From the NCBI GenBank assembly GCA_036679645.1, contig JAZDCY010000098.1:28426-92425 (forward strand): a stretch of DNA of 64,000 nucleotides, given 5' to 3'. The DNA comes from Gemmatimonadota bacterium (GTDB lineage Bacteria > Gemmatimonadota > Gemmatimonadetes > Gemmatimonadales > GWC2-71-9). Position numbers and translations under genes: made by a program. Positions 42,581-52,404 of this stretch are shown one piece after another. Below the pieces are notes generated by a model, which saw only the letters and a list, made by a program, of their open reading frames with translations, ran no database searches and had not been told where the DNA came from. Each line of letters starts with the position of its first letter. The first letter of the stretch is position 1.

Positions 42581-43744
42581 ATGACACGTTCACTCGTTTT
42601 TTTCGCAAGCTTGCTCGTCGCCGCCGGATGCGATCGTGTGCTCGATTCCGACGTCGATCGACCCGCCAACCTGCGGTATCGCCTGGAGGCCAGCGGCGAT
42701 CCGGAAGCCCCGGCGGGCGTGCTCCTGGAATGGGATGCCGTCCTCACCGCCGATCTCGAGGTGTACAACATCTACTCCCGCGTGGACGATCGGTCGCCGC
42801 TCGATCTGCGCGCATCGACGACATCCACCTCGTTTCACGACGCGGGTATTCCCGATCTCTTCTATGCCGTGACCTCGGTGACAACCGATGGTGACGAGAG
42901 CGACTTCAGCGAAGAGGTCTTCATAGATGAACGGCTCCGGCTACCGGCGCCAAGCTTTCTGAGTTCGACCTCGCTCGACCGTGCCATTCACCTGGAGTGG
43001 GGGGACAATCCATTTCAGTCCGACCCCGAGGGGTTTGAACAGTACCGCGTCTACTCGTCGAGTCTGGACATCGACGTCGGGCTCTGTGGTGACGATTGGG
43101 CGCTCGAGGGCACGACCGTGGCACCTGCATTCTTGGCGGGAGCCCTTACCAACGGCGCGCCGCGCTGCTTTGCCATCGCCGCGGAGACCATCGAGGGATG
43201 GGAAAGCCTATGGTCGGATATCCGGGGTGACACGCCTCGGCCCGATGCCCGCAACGTGATCATCTTCCCGTTCGCGGAGGACGCGAACCGGAGCGGGTTC
43301 CGCTTCTTCCAGGATCTCAATAGCGACGGACTGGCCGGTCCGCTGGAACTGGGCATCATTCGTCCCGGCAGTGCCACCGATATCGATTTCTGGGTGTTCC
43401 GTGATCCCGTGACCGACTCGCTCTTCCTGGTGCCTGAGCGGGCCGGTACTGGAGTGGAGCTATTCGATCCAGTGCGGCCGGTGGAGGACCTGACTTCGAT
43501 CGACGTTGCACCAAACCTCACCTATCGCACGACCGCGATCGTCGCGCTGCCGGGGTTCGGATATGTGTTCGAGACGATCGGTGCGGGCGGATTGCCGCAG
43601 TACGGTGCGCTTCGTCCGACCCACGTCGGCCGCGACTACATGATCTTCGATTGGGCATTCCAGACAGACCCAGGGAATCCGGAACTGCAGATTAGAGGAG
43701 GGCTGCCGACGGCGGGTGCGGGCGGCGTACTGATAAAGAGATAG
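42581..43744 (+). CDS. Acidic lipoprotein with fibronectin-III-like repeats, function unknown
   Basis: Lipobox AAGC; two L.W...Y.[IV]Y...[YF]A[VI]...G.ES motifs; DLNSDG possible Ca-binding loop. Confidence 0.75.
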   Translation: MTRSLVFFASLLVAAGCDRVLDSDVDRPANLRYRLEASGDPEAPAGVLLEWDAVLTADLEVYNIYSRVDDRSPLDLRASTTSTSFHDAGIPDLFYAVTSVTTDGDESDFSEEVFIDERLRLPAPSFLSSTSLDRAIHLEWGDNPFQSDPEGFEQYRVYSSSLDIDVGLCGDDWALEGTTVAPAFLAGALTNGAPRCFAIAAETIEGWESLWSDIRGDTPRPDARNVIIFPFAEDANRSGFRFFQDLNSDGLAGPLELGIIRPGSATDIDFWVFRDPVTDSLFLVPERAGTGVELFDPVRPVEDLTSIDVAPNLTYRTTAIVALPGFGYVFETIGAGGLPQYGALRPTHVGRDYMIFDWAFQTDPGNPELQIRGGLPTAGAGGVLIKR

Positions 43745-43933
43745 ACGCTCAGTTGCTCAGACGCTCAGTTGCTCAGTAGACGTGGCAGGCGATCCGGGAG
43801 ACACCTCTAGTACTCTCTGCGTGCACCTGAGCACCTGAGCACCTGAGCACCTGTGCGTCTGTGCGTCTGGAGCACCTGAGCACCTGAGCACCTGTGCGTC
43901 TGTGCGTCTGAGCGTCTGAGCGCCTGTGCGTCT
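43743..43933. repeat. Octamer array with inverted arms (AGACGCTC / GAGCGTCT family)
   Basis: 4 units AG(A/T)(C/T)GCTC, ~44-nt core, then 14 units GAGCACCT/GTGCGTCT/GAGCGTCT. Confidence 0.9.
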
Positions 43934-43938
43934 ATAAT
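43933..43938 (+). promoter_or_regulatory. Consensus -10 box, probable leaderless hutH transcript
   Basis: TATAAT 6 nt upstream of the hutH ATG; no SD. Confidence 0.55.
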
Positions 43939-43944
43939 TCCCCC

Positions 43945-45441
43945 ATGTCGCCCATCATCCTAGACGGCCACTCTCTTACCGTTGACCAGGTCCTCGCCGT
44001 TGCCCGCCAGCGCGCCGAGGTAACGATAGATCCAGCAGCCGCTGACGCCGCCTCCCGCAGTCGCGCGTTCGTCGATGCGGCTGTTGCCAAGGGCGACGCA
44101 GTGTATGGGATCAACACCGGGTTCGGACGACTTCAGAACGTGCGGATCCCGGATGACAAACTGGTCGAGCTGCAGCGCAACCTGATTCTGTCCCACGTGG
44201 TGGGGCTGGGCGATCCCCTTCCCGACGACGTGGTGCGGGCGACGATGCTGCTGCGGGCCAACGTGCTGCTGCAACCATCGAGTGGTGCGCGGCCCACCGT
44301 CGCGGAGCGGGTGGTGGCACTTCTCAATGCCGGCATCACCCCACTCGTGCCGGAGCAGGGGAGTGTCGGGGCCAGCGGAGATCTCGCGCCCCTCGCGCAT
44401 ATCGCCCAGGTACTGATGGGCGAGGGTTGGGTGATTGAGGACGGCGCGCGCGCGCCCGCCGGGGAGGCACTCGGGGCGGCCGGGATCGAGCCCCTCGAGT
44501 TTCTCCCGAAGGAAGCCCTGTCGTTCATCAATGGGACACAGGTGCAAACCGCGGTGCTGTCGCTGATCGTGGCGGACGCGCGGCGTCTCTGGCGCGCGGC
44601 GTTGGGTGCGGCGGCGATGTCGCTGGAGGCGGTGCGCGGGACGCCGGTACCGTTCGACGAGCGGCTGCACCAGTTGCGACCGCACGACGGCCAGCGCAGG
44701 GCCGCCGCCGTGTTGCGGGAGTTGTTGGAAGGGTCCGAGATTCGGGAATCCCACCGGGAAAACGACCCTCGCGTACAGGACGCCTACAGCCTGCGCTGCA
44801 CGCCGCAGGTGCTGGGAGCGGTGCACGACGCAATCGAGTTTGCCGCGAGAACGCTCGACATCGAGCTGAACGCCGCAACCGATAACCCATTGGTGATCGA
44901 TGGCGCGGTGTTGTCGGGCGGCAACTTCCACGGCCAGCCCATCGCCCAGGCGCTCGACGTGCTCGCGATCGCGCTCACCACGCTAGCCGGTATTGCCGAA
45001 CGGCGGATCGATCGTCTCACCAACCCGGACCTCTCGAGCGGTCTGCCCGCATTTCTCACGTCGGAACCGGGGCTCCAGTCTGGTCTCATGATGGTACAGG
45101 TTGCCGCGGCGGCCCTGGTGGCCGAATCGCGGTCGCTCTGCATGCCGGCCAGCGTGCAATCCATCCCGACGGAAGCGAACCAGGAGGATTTTGTCCCTAT
45201 GGGCATGGCTGCAGCATTCAAGACGCGTCGCATTCTCGCCAATGCGCAACGCGTAGTGGCGGCGGAGTTGCTCTGCGCGGCGCAGGGGTTGGAGTTTCTG
45301 CTACCGCTGCAACCGGGCACGGGCGTCCGCCGGTTACGCGCACGCATCCGCGAGGTCGTCCCGCCGCTGCTGACCGATCGACCGTTGGCGCCGGACGTGG
45401 AGGCGGTGTACGCCATGGTCACGGCGGAAGATTTGGCATGA
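43945..45441 (+). CDS. hutH: Histidine ammonia-lyase
   Basis: [21 protein letters not shown] (MIO), [19 protein letters not shown]. Confidence 0.96.
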   Translation: MSPIILDGHSLTVDQVLAVARQRAEVTIDPAAADAASRSRAFVDAAVAKGDAVYGINTGFGRLQNVRIPDDKLVELQRNLILSHVVGLGDPLPDDVVRATMLLRANVLLQPSSGARPTVAERVVALLNAGITPLVPEQGSVGASGDLAPLAHIAQVLMGEGWVIEDGARAPAGEALGAAGIEPLEFLPKEALSFINGTQVQTAVLSLIVADARRLWRAALGAAAMSLEAVRGTPVPFDERLHQLRPHDGQRRAAAVLRELLEGSEIRESHRENDPRVQDAYSLRCTPQVLGAVHDAIEFAARTLDIELNAATDNPLVIDGAVLSGGNFHGQPIAQALDVLAIALTTLAGIAERRIDRLTNPDLSSGLPAFLTSEPGLQSGLMMVQVAAAALVAESRSLCMPASVQSIPTEANQEDFVPMGMAAAFKTRRILANAQRVVAAELLCAAQGLEFLLPLQPGTGVRRLRARIREVVPPLLTDRPLAPDVEAVYAMVTAEDLA

Positions 45442-47053
45442 CGGCGACGGCACGCGTGGTCCGCGCGCCGCGCGGCGCGAGTCTAAGCTGCAAGGGGTGG
45501 GTGCAGGAGGCCGCGCTGCGAATGCTGATGAACAACCTCGACCCCGAGGTCGCCGAACGGCCAGATGACCTGGTCGTCTACGGCGGGACGGGCAAGGCCG
45601 CTCGATCGTGGGAAGCGTTCGATGCGATCTGTCGTACGCTTCGCACACTGGGCAACGACGAGACGTTGCTCGTGCAGTCCGGCAAGCCGGTGGGCGTGTT
45701 TCGGACCCATGAAGAGGCGCCGCGCGTGCTGATCGCGAACGCGAATCTCGTTGGGCGTTGGGCCACATGGGACGTGTTCCGGGATCTCGAGCGACAGGGG
45801 CTCACGATGTACGGCCAGATGACGGCCGGGAGTTGGATCTATATCGGCACCCAGGGAATCCTCCAGGGCACATACGAGACGTTCGGGTCGCTGGCGCGCA
45901 AGCATTTCGGTGGTTCTCTGAAGGGCCGCGTCGTGCTCACCGGCGGCTTGGGAGGGATGGGAGGCGCGCAGCCGCTGGCGGCCACGATGAACGGCGCCGC
46001 GATGCTGGCGGTCGAAGTCGATGCGGCCCGCATCCAGCGTCGTCTGGAGACGCGCTACGTCGACGTGATGACGGCGTCTCTGGACGAAGCGCTGGCGCGC
46101 ATGGACAAGGCGCGCGGTGAGGGCGAAGCCATCTCTGTGGGGCTCGTCGGGAACTGTGCGGACGTGCTGCCAGAGATCGTGCGTCGCGGGTGGAGGCCGG
46201 ACGTCGTCACCGATCAGACGTCAGCGCACGATCCGCTCAATGGCTACGTCCCGCGTGGTTGCTCCCCGGCGGAAGCGGCACGGCTTCGCGCGTCGGATCC
46301 CGCGGTCTATCTCGAGCGGGCCCGCGCGTCGATTGCGACCCACGTGTCGGCCATGCTGGATCTGCAGCGCGGCGGTGCCGTTACGTTCGATTACGGTAAC
46401 AACATCCGCACCGAAGCGCTCGACGCCGGCGTGGCCGATGCTTTCGACATTCCGGGCTTCGTGCCCGAGTACGTCCGGCCTCTCTTCTGTGAAGGAAAGG
46501 GTCCCTTTCGGTGGGTGGTGCTCTCTGGCGAGCCGCGCGATCTGCATAGGACCGACGAGCTGGTACTCGAACTGTTTCCTGAGGACGAGCATCTCGTGAA
46601 CTGGATCCGCATGGCGCGCGAGCGCGTCGCATTCCAGGGGCTGCCCGCGCGCATCTGTTGGTTGGGAATGGGGGATCGCGCGCGTTTCGGACTTGCGCTC
46701 AACGATCTGGTGCGGCGTGGCGACATCTCAGCGCCGGTCGTGATCGGGCGCGATCACCTCGACACGGGGTCGGTGGCGTCACCCTTTCGCGAGACGGAAG
46801 CCATGCGCGATGGATCCGATGCAATAGCGGACTGGCCCATTCTGAACGCGCTGTTGAATACGGCGTCGGGCGCATCGTGGGTTTCGTTCCACCACGGTGG
46901 AGGCGTGGGGATCGGCAACAGCTTGCACGCCGGTCAGGTGATCGTTGCCGAGGGATTGGTGTGGCACGGCACGCCGATGCGGGATACGACGTGGCCTCGG
47001 ACACGGCTCGCGCCCACGGTATCCGACTTCCCATGCGGGAGGAGGCCCACTGA
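45438..47053 (+). pseudogene. hutU: Urocanate hydratase, frameshifted by an apparent ~50-nt deletion at about 46951
   Basis: HutU motifs to HAGQVIVA; the terminal [15 protein letters not shown] continues in another frame to TGA 47053; the usual RVL.NDP segment is absent. Confidence 0.85.
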
Positions 47054-48315
47054 GCACGCTCATCGCCGGCGCGACCCAGGTCGTGACGGCGCGCGGGCCG
47101 GCGCGTGCACGTCGCGGGACCGAGATGGCGGAGTTGGACGTCGTTCCCGACGGGGCGGTGGAAGTGGCGTCGGACGGCTCAATCGCCGCCGTCGGGCCAT
47201 ATCGCGAACTCCGGGCGACGCACACGGGAGAGGTGATCGAGATAGAGGGGGTGCTTTTTCCCGGTTTCGTCGATTGCCACACACACGCGGTATTCGGCGC
47301 CGCGCGTCTGGAAGATCACGAACGTCGTGCCCTGGGCATGGATTACAAGACGATCGCGGCGGAGGGGGGTGGCATCCTCTCCTCGGTCCGCGATACGCGC
47401 GAGCGGTCGAAGGAAGAACTGGTCGATGTCACGCGCCGACGCCTCGACCATCTTCTTGCCCACGGGACCACCACGGTCGAGGTCAAGTCGGGCTATGGGC
47501 TCGAGACGGACACCGAGCTGCGTCAGTTGGCCGCCATCGGTGCGCTGGCGGGTCGGGGATGCCCCAACGTCGTCGCCACATTTCTCGGCGCCCACGAGAT
47601 TCCGCTCGACTCGAGAGCGCGGCGGGACGAGTATGTGGATCTCGTCGTGCGCGAGATGCTTCCGGCCGTGGAGCAGCAGGGGATTGCCCGCTACTGCGAC
47701 GTTTTCTGCGAGCCCGGTGTGTTCACGGTTGCGGAGTCACGCCGTGTGCTCGAAGCTGCGCGCGCTCACGGCCTGGGGCTCAAGTTGCACGCCGACGAAC
47801 TCGACGCTTCGGGAGGAGCGGAACTCGGTGCGGCGCTGGGAGCGGTGAGCGCGGACCACCTGGCCAAGGTGTCAAATGCGGGCATCGCGGCCCTGGCGAT
47901 GGGCGAAACGGTAGCTGTCCTGCTCCCCGGCACGCAACTGTTCCTGGGGCGGTCGGACCGGGCACCCGCGCGGGGACTCATCGAGGCGGGGGCGGCGGTC
48001 GCCCTGGCGACGGATTTCAACCCAGGTAGCGCCCCGGGGATGAGCTTGCCCTTCATGGGGATGCTCGGCGTCTCGCAGCTCGGCATGCGTCCTGCCGAGG
48101 CGGTGATGGCGATGACGGTCAACGGGGCGGCGGCGGTTGGGGAGGCCACGCGGCGCGGGCAGATTGCGCGTGGATTCCGGGCAGACATGGTGCTGGCCGC
48201 GGTCCGCGATTGGCGGGAGATTGTCTACTGGCACGGTGTGAGCCTCGTTAGCGAGGTGTGGGTGGGGGGCGTAGCTTGTCACCCATTGAGGCAACCCGTA
48301 AATTTCGTAGTTTGA
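47050..48315 (+). CDS. hutI: Imidazolonepropionase (probable CTG start)
   Basis: [46 protein letters not shown]. Confidence 0.93.
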   Translation: MSTLIAGATQVVTARGPARARRGTEMAELDVVPDGAVEVASDGSIAAVGPYRELRATHTGEVIEIEGVLFPGFVDCHTHAVFGAARLEDHERRALGMDYKTIAAEGGGILSSVRDTRERSKEELVDVTRRRLDHLLAHGTTTVEVKSGYGLETDTELRQLAAIGALAGRGCPNVVATFLGAHEIPLDSRARRDEYVDLVVREMLPAVEQQGIARYCDVFCEPGVFTVAESRRVLEAARAHGLGLKLHADELDASGGAELGAALGAVSADHLAKVSNAGIAALAMGETVAVLLPGTQLFLGRSDRAPARGLIEAGAAVALATDFNPGSAPGMSLPFMGMLGVSQLGMRPAEAVMAMTVNGAAAVGEATRRGQIARGFRADMVLAAVRDWREIVYWHGVSLVSEVWVGGVACHPLRQPVNFVV

Positions 48316-48411
48316 GGAGGATAGACGGCCACGGGAGACGATGCTTTCTTGGCCAGCGGGACGATCCGCGGCCGTACTAGACGAACCCTGCCTTGCGGAG
48401 AGGATGTCACC

Positions 48412-50736
48412 CTGAACGTCGAGCGAATCAAGAACAAGGCCCGGAAACTCGAAGAGAAGGGCAATATTCAGAAGGCGATCGAGCAATACCTGGAGGTGCT
48501 CGATGAACTCGAAGGCACGCCCCAGATCACGGGTGAGCTGGCCCTGTTCAACAAGGTCGGCGATCTCTACCTGAAGATGTCGCAGGTCCCGGAAGCGGTC
48601 GAGATGTACGAGCGCGCCGTGACCCTGTACGCCGAGCAGGGGTTCCCTAACAACGCCATCGCGCTGTGCAACAAGATCCTGCGGAACGCGCCGGGTCGGA
48701 CGCACGTGTATCTGAAGCTGGCGCAGCTAATGGTGGAGCGGGGCTTTGTCGCGGAGGCAAAACAGAATCTGCTCGAGTACGCCGATCGGATGCAGAAGGC
48801 AGGCAAGACCGACGAGGCGTTCCGGGCGCTCAAGGAATTCGCCGATCTTTCCCCCGACAATGAGGAGATCCGCCTGCTGCTCGCGGAGCAACTGAAAGAG
48901 GCGGCGCGGGACGACGAGGCGCGCGAACAGCTGGCGAAACTCTATGCCGAGTCGCGTGCAGAGGGTGACGAGCGCCGCTCGCGCGCGACCCTGGACAACA
49001 TCAAGGCGATCGATCCCGACTTCGACGAAGATGCCGCCGCGGCTACCAGGATCAAGCAGAAGAAGGCAAAATCGTCGGATCTCGTCTTTCTCGATATCGA
49101 GTACGACACCGACTCGGCGCCCGCGAAGGAGGCCGGACCCGAGCTCGTGCCCTCCTCAGAGACCCCCAAGGCAAAAAGTCTCGAGGAAGCCCTGGAGTTC
49201 GACCCCAGCGCGCTGGACGAAGAGCCCGCAACGGCGGGAGTCGAGTCGGTCGAGGGGTTGGATGTCGGTCCGTCATTCGAGAGCGGCGCCGATGTAGCGG
49301 TGCCGTCGCTCGAGATCGAACATACATCCCTTGTCGAACCCGAACCCGAACCCGAACCAGCACCAGAACCAGAACCAGCACCAGAACCAGAACCAGAACC
49401 TGTAGAGGAAGAGAAGCCCGAAGTCGTGGCCGCCGAGCCGGAACGCGCGCGGGATTCCCTGGAGGTGGAGGCGGCGCTCGAAGAAGAGCTCGAGGCGTTT
49501 GGGACGGCGGAAGGAGATATCGAGGTCCCCGATCTCGATTTCGGTGCCGCGATGGACGAGGAAGATCTCCTGGGCAAGCCCTCAGCCACATCTGAGGCGC
49601 CCGCCGTCGAGGAACTCGAGTTGGATGAGGTGGACGTCCCAAGCATCGAGTTGCCGGCGCTCGAGGACGTGGAGGATGAGGCTGTCGAGAGCGTGGAGGC
49701 GGTCGTCGAGGCCGTTGCCGAAGAGGCGCCTGCGGGTCCGCCAGATGTGAGCGCCCTCGAGGCGGTAGTTGCGGACGATCCCGATAGCGCTCAACACCAC
49801 GTCGCGCTCGCCGAAGCGCTGATCGAAACCGGTGAGCGCGATCGGGGGCTCGAGGAGTTGGGGATTGCGGTCGACCTGTTCGAAGCGGCCGACGATTGGG
49901 GCGAGGCCGCGCACACGGTAGACGAGATCATCCGCGTCGATCCCGAGAACATCAAGTTCCAGCAGAAACGCGTCGAGTACGCCTATCGTGTGGGTGACAA
50001 GCGGCAGCTCACACAGGCGTATCTGTCTCTGGCAGATGCCTTCTTCCGCAGCGGTGGCATCGAGCGGTCAATGGCTGTGTACAAGCGCGTACTCGAGCAC
50101 GACGCCGAGAACCAACGGGCGCTCGAAGCGCTGGCGACGCTCGCGATTGCCGAGCCGGAGCCGGCTGCGACGGCGCCGTCAGGGGCCGGTGACGCCGGTG
50201 CACAAGATGAATTCGTGGATCTCGGCGCGCTCATCATGGATGACGAGCCGCAACGCGATACGCGGATGCGGGTGCAGGACGAGGAGCCAACCGGCGACGA
50301 AGAACGCGATTTTGCCGAGATGCTGTCCCAGTTCAAGCGCGGCATCGAGGAGAACATCGAGGACACCGATTGGCAGGCCCACTACGATCTTGGCGTGGCG
50401 TTCAAGGAGATGGGCCTGGTGGACGAGGCCATTGCCGAGTTCCAGAAGTCGTTACGTGCGCCGGAGGGCCGGCTCCAGACTGCCGAAGCGCTGGGGACCT
50501 GTTTCTTCGAGAAAGGGCAGTTCTCCGTTGCTGCGACAGTCATGCGCCGCGCCATCGAGTCCGACGCGGCCGGTGACGAGAAGAAGATCGGGTTGCTCTA
50601 CTGGACGGGACGGTGTGAAGAGCAGCTACAACGGATTGCCGATGCGCTCGTCTACTACCATCGTGTGTTTGCGCTGGACATTGGCTTCCAGGACGTGAGC
50701 GATCGGGTGAAAGAGCTCGCGCAGGCAGACTCGTAA
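48412..50736 (+). CDS. TPR - acidic linker - TPR protein (SgmX/Bd2492-like architecture), probable CTG start
   Basis: N-terminal TPRs, Glu/Pro-rich linker with (EP/AP)n at 49336-49401, C-terminal HYDLGVAFKEMGL.DEAI.EFQ TPRs. Confidence 0.8.
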   Translation: MNVERIKNKARKLEEKGNIQKAIEQYLEVLDELEGTPQITGELALFNKVGDLYLKMSQVPEAVEMYERAVTLYAEQGFPNNAIALCNKILRNAPGRTHVYLKLAQLMVERGFVAEAKQNLLEYADRMQKAGKTDEAFRALKEFADLSPDNEEIRLLLAEQLKEAARDDEAREQLAKLYAESRAEGDERRSRATLDNIKAIDPDFDEDAAAATRIKQKKAKSSDLVFLDIEYDTDSAPAKEAGPELVPSSETPKAKSLEEALEFDPSALDEEPATAGVESVEGLDVGPSFESGADVAVPSLEIEHTSLVEPEPEPEPAPEPEPAPEPEPEPVEEEKPEVVAAEPERARDSLEVEAALEEELEAFGTAEGDIEVPDLDFGAAMDEEDLLGKPSATSEAPAVEELELDEVDVPSIELPALEDVEDEAVESVEAVVEAVAEEAPAGPPDVSALEAVVADDPDSAQHHVALAEALIETGERDRGLEELGIAVDLFEAADDWGEAAHTVDEIIRVDPENIKFQQKRVEYAYRVGDKRQLTQAYLSLADAFFRSGGIERSMAVYKRVLEHDAENQRALEALATLAIAEPEPAATAPSGAGDAGAQDEFVDLGALIMDDEPQRDTRMRVQDEEPTGDEERDFAEMLSQFKRGIEENIEDTDWQAHYDLGVAFKEMGLVDEAIAEFQKSLRAPEGRLQTAEALGTCFFEKGQFSVAATVMRRAIESDAAGDEKKIGLLYWTGRCEEQLQRIADALVYYHRVFALDIGFQDVSDRVKELAQADS

Positions 50737-50737
50737 C

Positions 50738-51727
50738 GTGACATCGCAGCTCGCACCCGTCACCCTCGAATCTCTGCAACAACCCGTCCGGCAGGAATTG
50801 GACGCCGTGTTCGACGAGTTGGTCCGGATCATCCATGCCGACTTCTCCCTCATCAGCGACGTGAACGCGCACCTCCTGCGTATGCGGGGGAAGCTGTTCC
50901 GTCCGACGCTCCTGCTGCTGGCGGGCCGGGCCGTGGACTGTGTGGACCGGCGCAACGTCACATTGGCCGCGGCAGTCGAGCTGATTCACGTCGCGACACT
51001 CGTGCACGATGACTCGGTCGACCACTCGGTCTTGCGGCGGGGGCAGCCGACGGTAAACGCCATGTTCTCGCACCAGGTCGCGGTGATAATGGGCGACTAC
51101 CTCTACTCGCGGGCGATCATCGAGCTGGTCAACCTCGCGGACCTGGATGCGTTGCGCGTGGTGAGCCGTGTGACCAACGAGATGACCGTGGGAGAGATGC
51201 GGGAACTCGAGGCGCACGATGCGCTCGGGTACACGGAAGATGCCTACGATGCCCTGATCAGGGCGAAGACGGCGTCGCTCATGGCGGCGGCGTGCGAGGT
51301 CGGCGCAATCGGTGGGGAGCCAGAGGCGCGCGACGCGTTACGACGCTACGGTCTCCACGTGGGCATGGCATTCCAGATAACAGACGACGTACTCGACTAC
51401 ACGGAGACGGAGTCGGTGACGGGCAAGCCCAGCGGCCTCGACCTGCGGGAGCACAAGATCACGTTGCCTCTGATTCTCGCATTGCCCCACGTCGGGCCCG
51501 CGGACCGGCAGGACGTGGTAGCGCTCATGGCCGACCCCGAACCGTCCGACGACGCCATTGCCGCGGTCATCGATATCGTGGAGGCGCATGACGGGGTCGC
51601 CCAGGCACGGGCGCGAGCCGCGGAGTTTGCGGCGCAGGCGGAAGACGAACTGGCGGACATTCCGCCCAGCCGGGCGCGGGACGCCCTGGTGGACGGTATT
51701 ACCTACGCGATCGAACGGCGGAGCTAG
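50738..51727 (+). CDS. ispB: Long-chain polyprenyl diphosphate synthase (IspB-like)
   Basis: GK.FRP, ELIHVATLVHDD..D...RRG, KTA, FQI.DD.LD. Confidence 0.88.
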   Translation: MTSQLAPVTLESLQQPVRQELDAVFDELVRIIHADFSLISDVNAHLLRMRGKLFRPTLLLLAGRAVDCVDRRNVTLAAAVELIHVATLVHDDSVDHSVLRRGQPTVNAMFSHQVAVIMGDYLYSRAIIELVNLADLDALRVVSRVTNEMTVGEMRELEAHDALGYTEDAYDALIRAKTASLMAAACEVGAIGGEPEARDALRRYGLHVGMAFQITDDVLDYTETESVTGKPSGLDLREHKITLPLILALPHVGPADRQDVVALMADPEPSDDAIAAVIDIVEAHDGVAQARARAAEFAAQAEDELADIPPSRARDALVDGITYAIERRS

Positions 51728-51729
51728 CC

Positions 51730-52002
51730 GTGGCCATTGGGCCCAGGCGGCCGCTTTTCTATATTGGGGTCTTAGGGATAGGGTTCGTGCTGGGCGGATT
51801 CCTGTCGGCACTGCTCAAATGGATGCTGCCCGAGAGTCCGGCCAAGACCTTCTTTACGTGGACGGTCACCCCATCGGTTGGCCCGGTCCACCTGGATCTC
51901 GTTATACTCCATATGACGTTGGGGCCAATTGGGCTACAGGTATCACTGCTGGCACTGGTTGGCGTGATTCTGGCATACCTGGTGGCGCGGTCCCTCTTCT
52001 AG
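51730..52002 (+). CDS. Small membrane protein (DUF4321-like)
   Basis: 90 aa, hydrophobic ends, P..LDL.IL..TLG pattern. Confidence 0.6.
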   Translation: MAIGPRRPLFYIGVLGIGFVLGGFLSALLKWMLPESPAKTFFTWTVTPSVGPVHLDLVILHMTLGPIGLQVSLLALVGVILAYLVARSLF

Positions 52003-52017
52003 CGCAGCGAGGCGGTC

Positions 52018-52266
52018 ATGTTCAGCAATATTGGAATGCCCGAGATGCTCGTGATCCTCGTGATCGTGCTTCTCGTATTCGGCGCAAAGCGGCTGCCGGA
52101 GATGGGATCGGCAATGGGGAAGGGCATACGCGAGTTCAAGAAGAGCATCAAGGAAGTGCAGGATCAGGTCGAGAGCGCGGGTGACGAATCCGTGCTTCCG
52201 CCCGATCGCGAGATGGACGCCGCTCCCCGGAGTAGCGACGGTGAGCCGAAGAAGCTGAGCCAGTAG
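52018..52266 (+). CDS. tatA: Twin-arginine translocase TatA
   Basis: IG.PE.LVIL..VLLVFGAKRLPE.G..MGKGIREFKK. Confidence 0.96.
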   Translation: MFSNIGMPEMLVILVIVLLVFGAKRLPEMGSAMGKGIREFKKSIKEVQDQVESAGDESVLPPDREMDAAPRSSDGEPKKLSQ

Positions 52267-52404
52267 ATTAGAGATTGGAGATTACAGATTACAGATTGGA
52301 GATTGGAGATTGCCGGTTACCAATCGCCAATCTCTAATCTCCAATCTCAAATCGCCAATCTCTAATCGCCAATCTCAAATCTCCAATCTCAAATCGCCAA
52401 TCGA
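52264..52404. repeat. Heptamer array with inverted arms (GAGATTG / CAATCTC)
   Basis: 7 x NAGATT(A/G), core CCGGTTAC, 12 x (C/T/A)AATC(T/G)C; fills the gap between two convergent stop codons. Confidence 0.92.

Noticed and set aside
45438..48029. 863-aa HutU fusion protein
   Set aside because: The extension is out-of-frame readthrough over hutI caused by the deletion at ~46951
49336..49401. GAACC(C/A) hexamer run
   Set aside because: Ordinary in-frame (EP/AP)n linker expansion, unrelated to the 7/8-mer families
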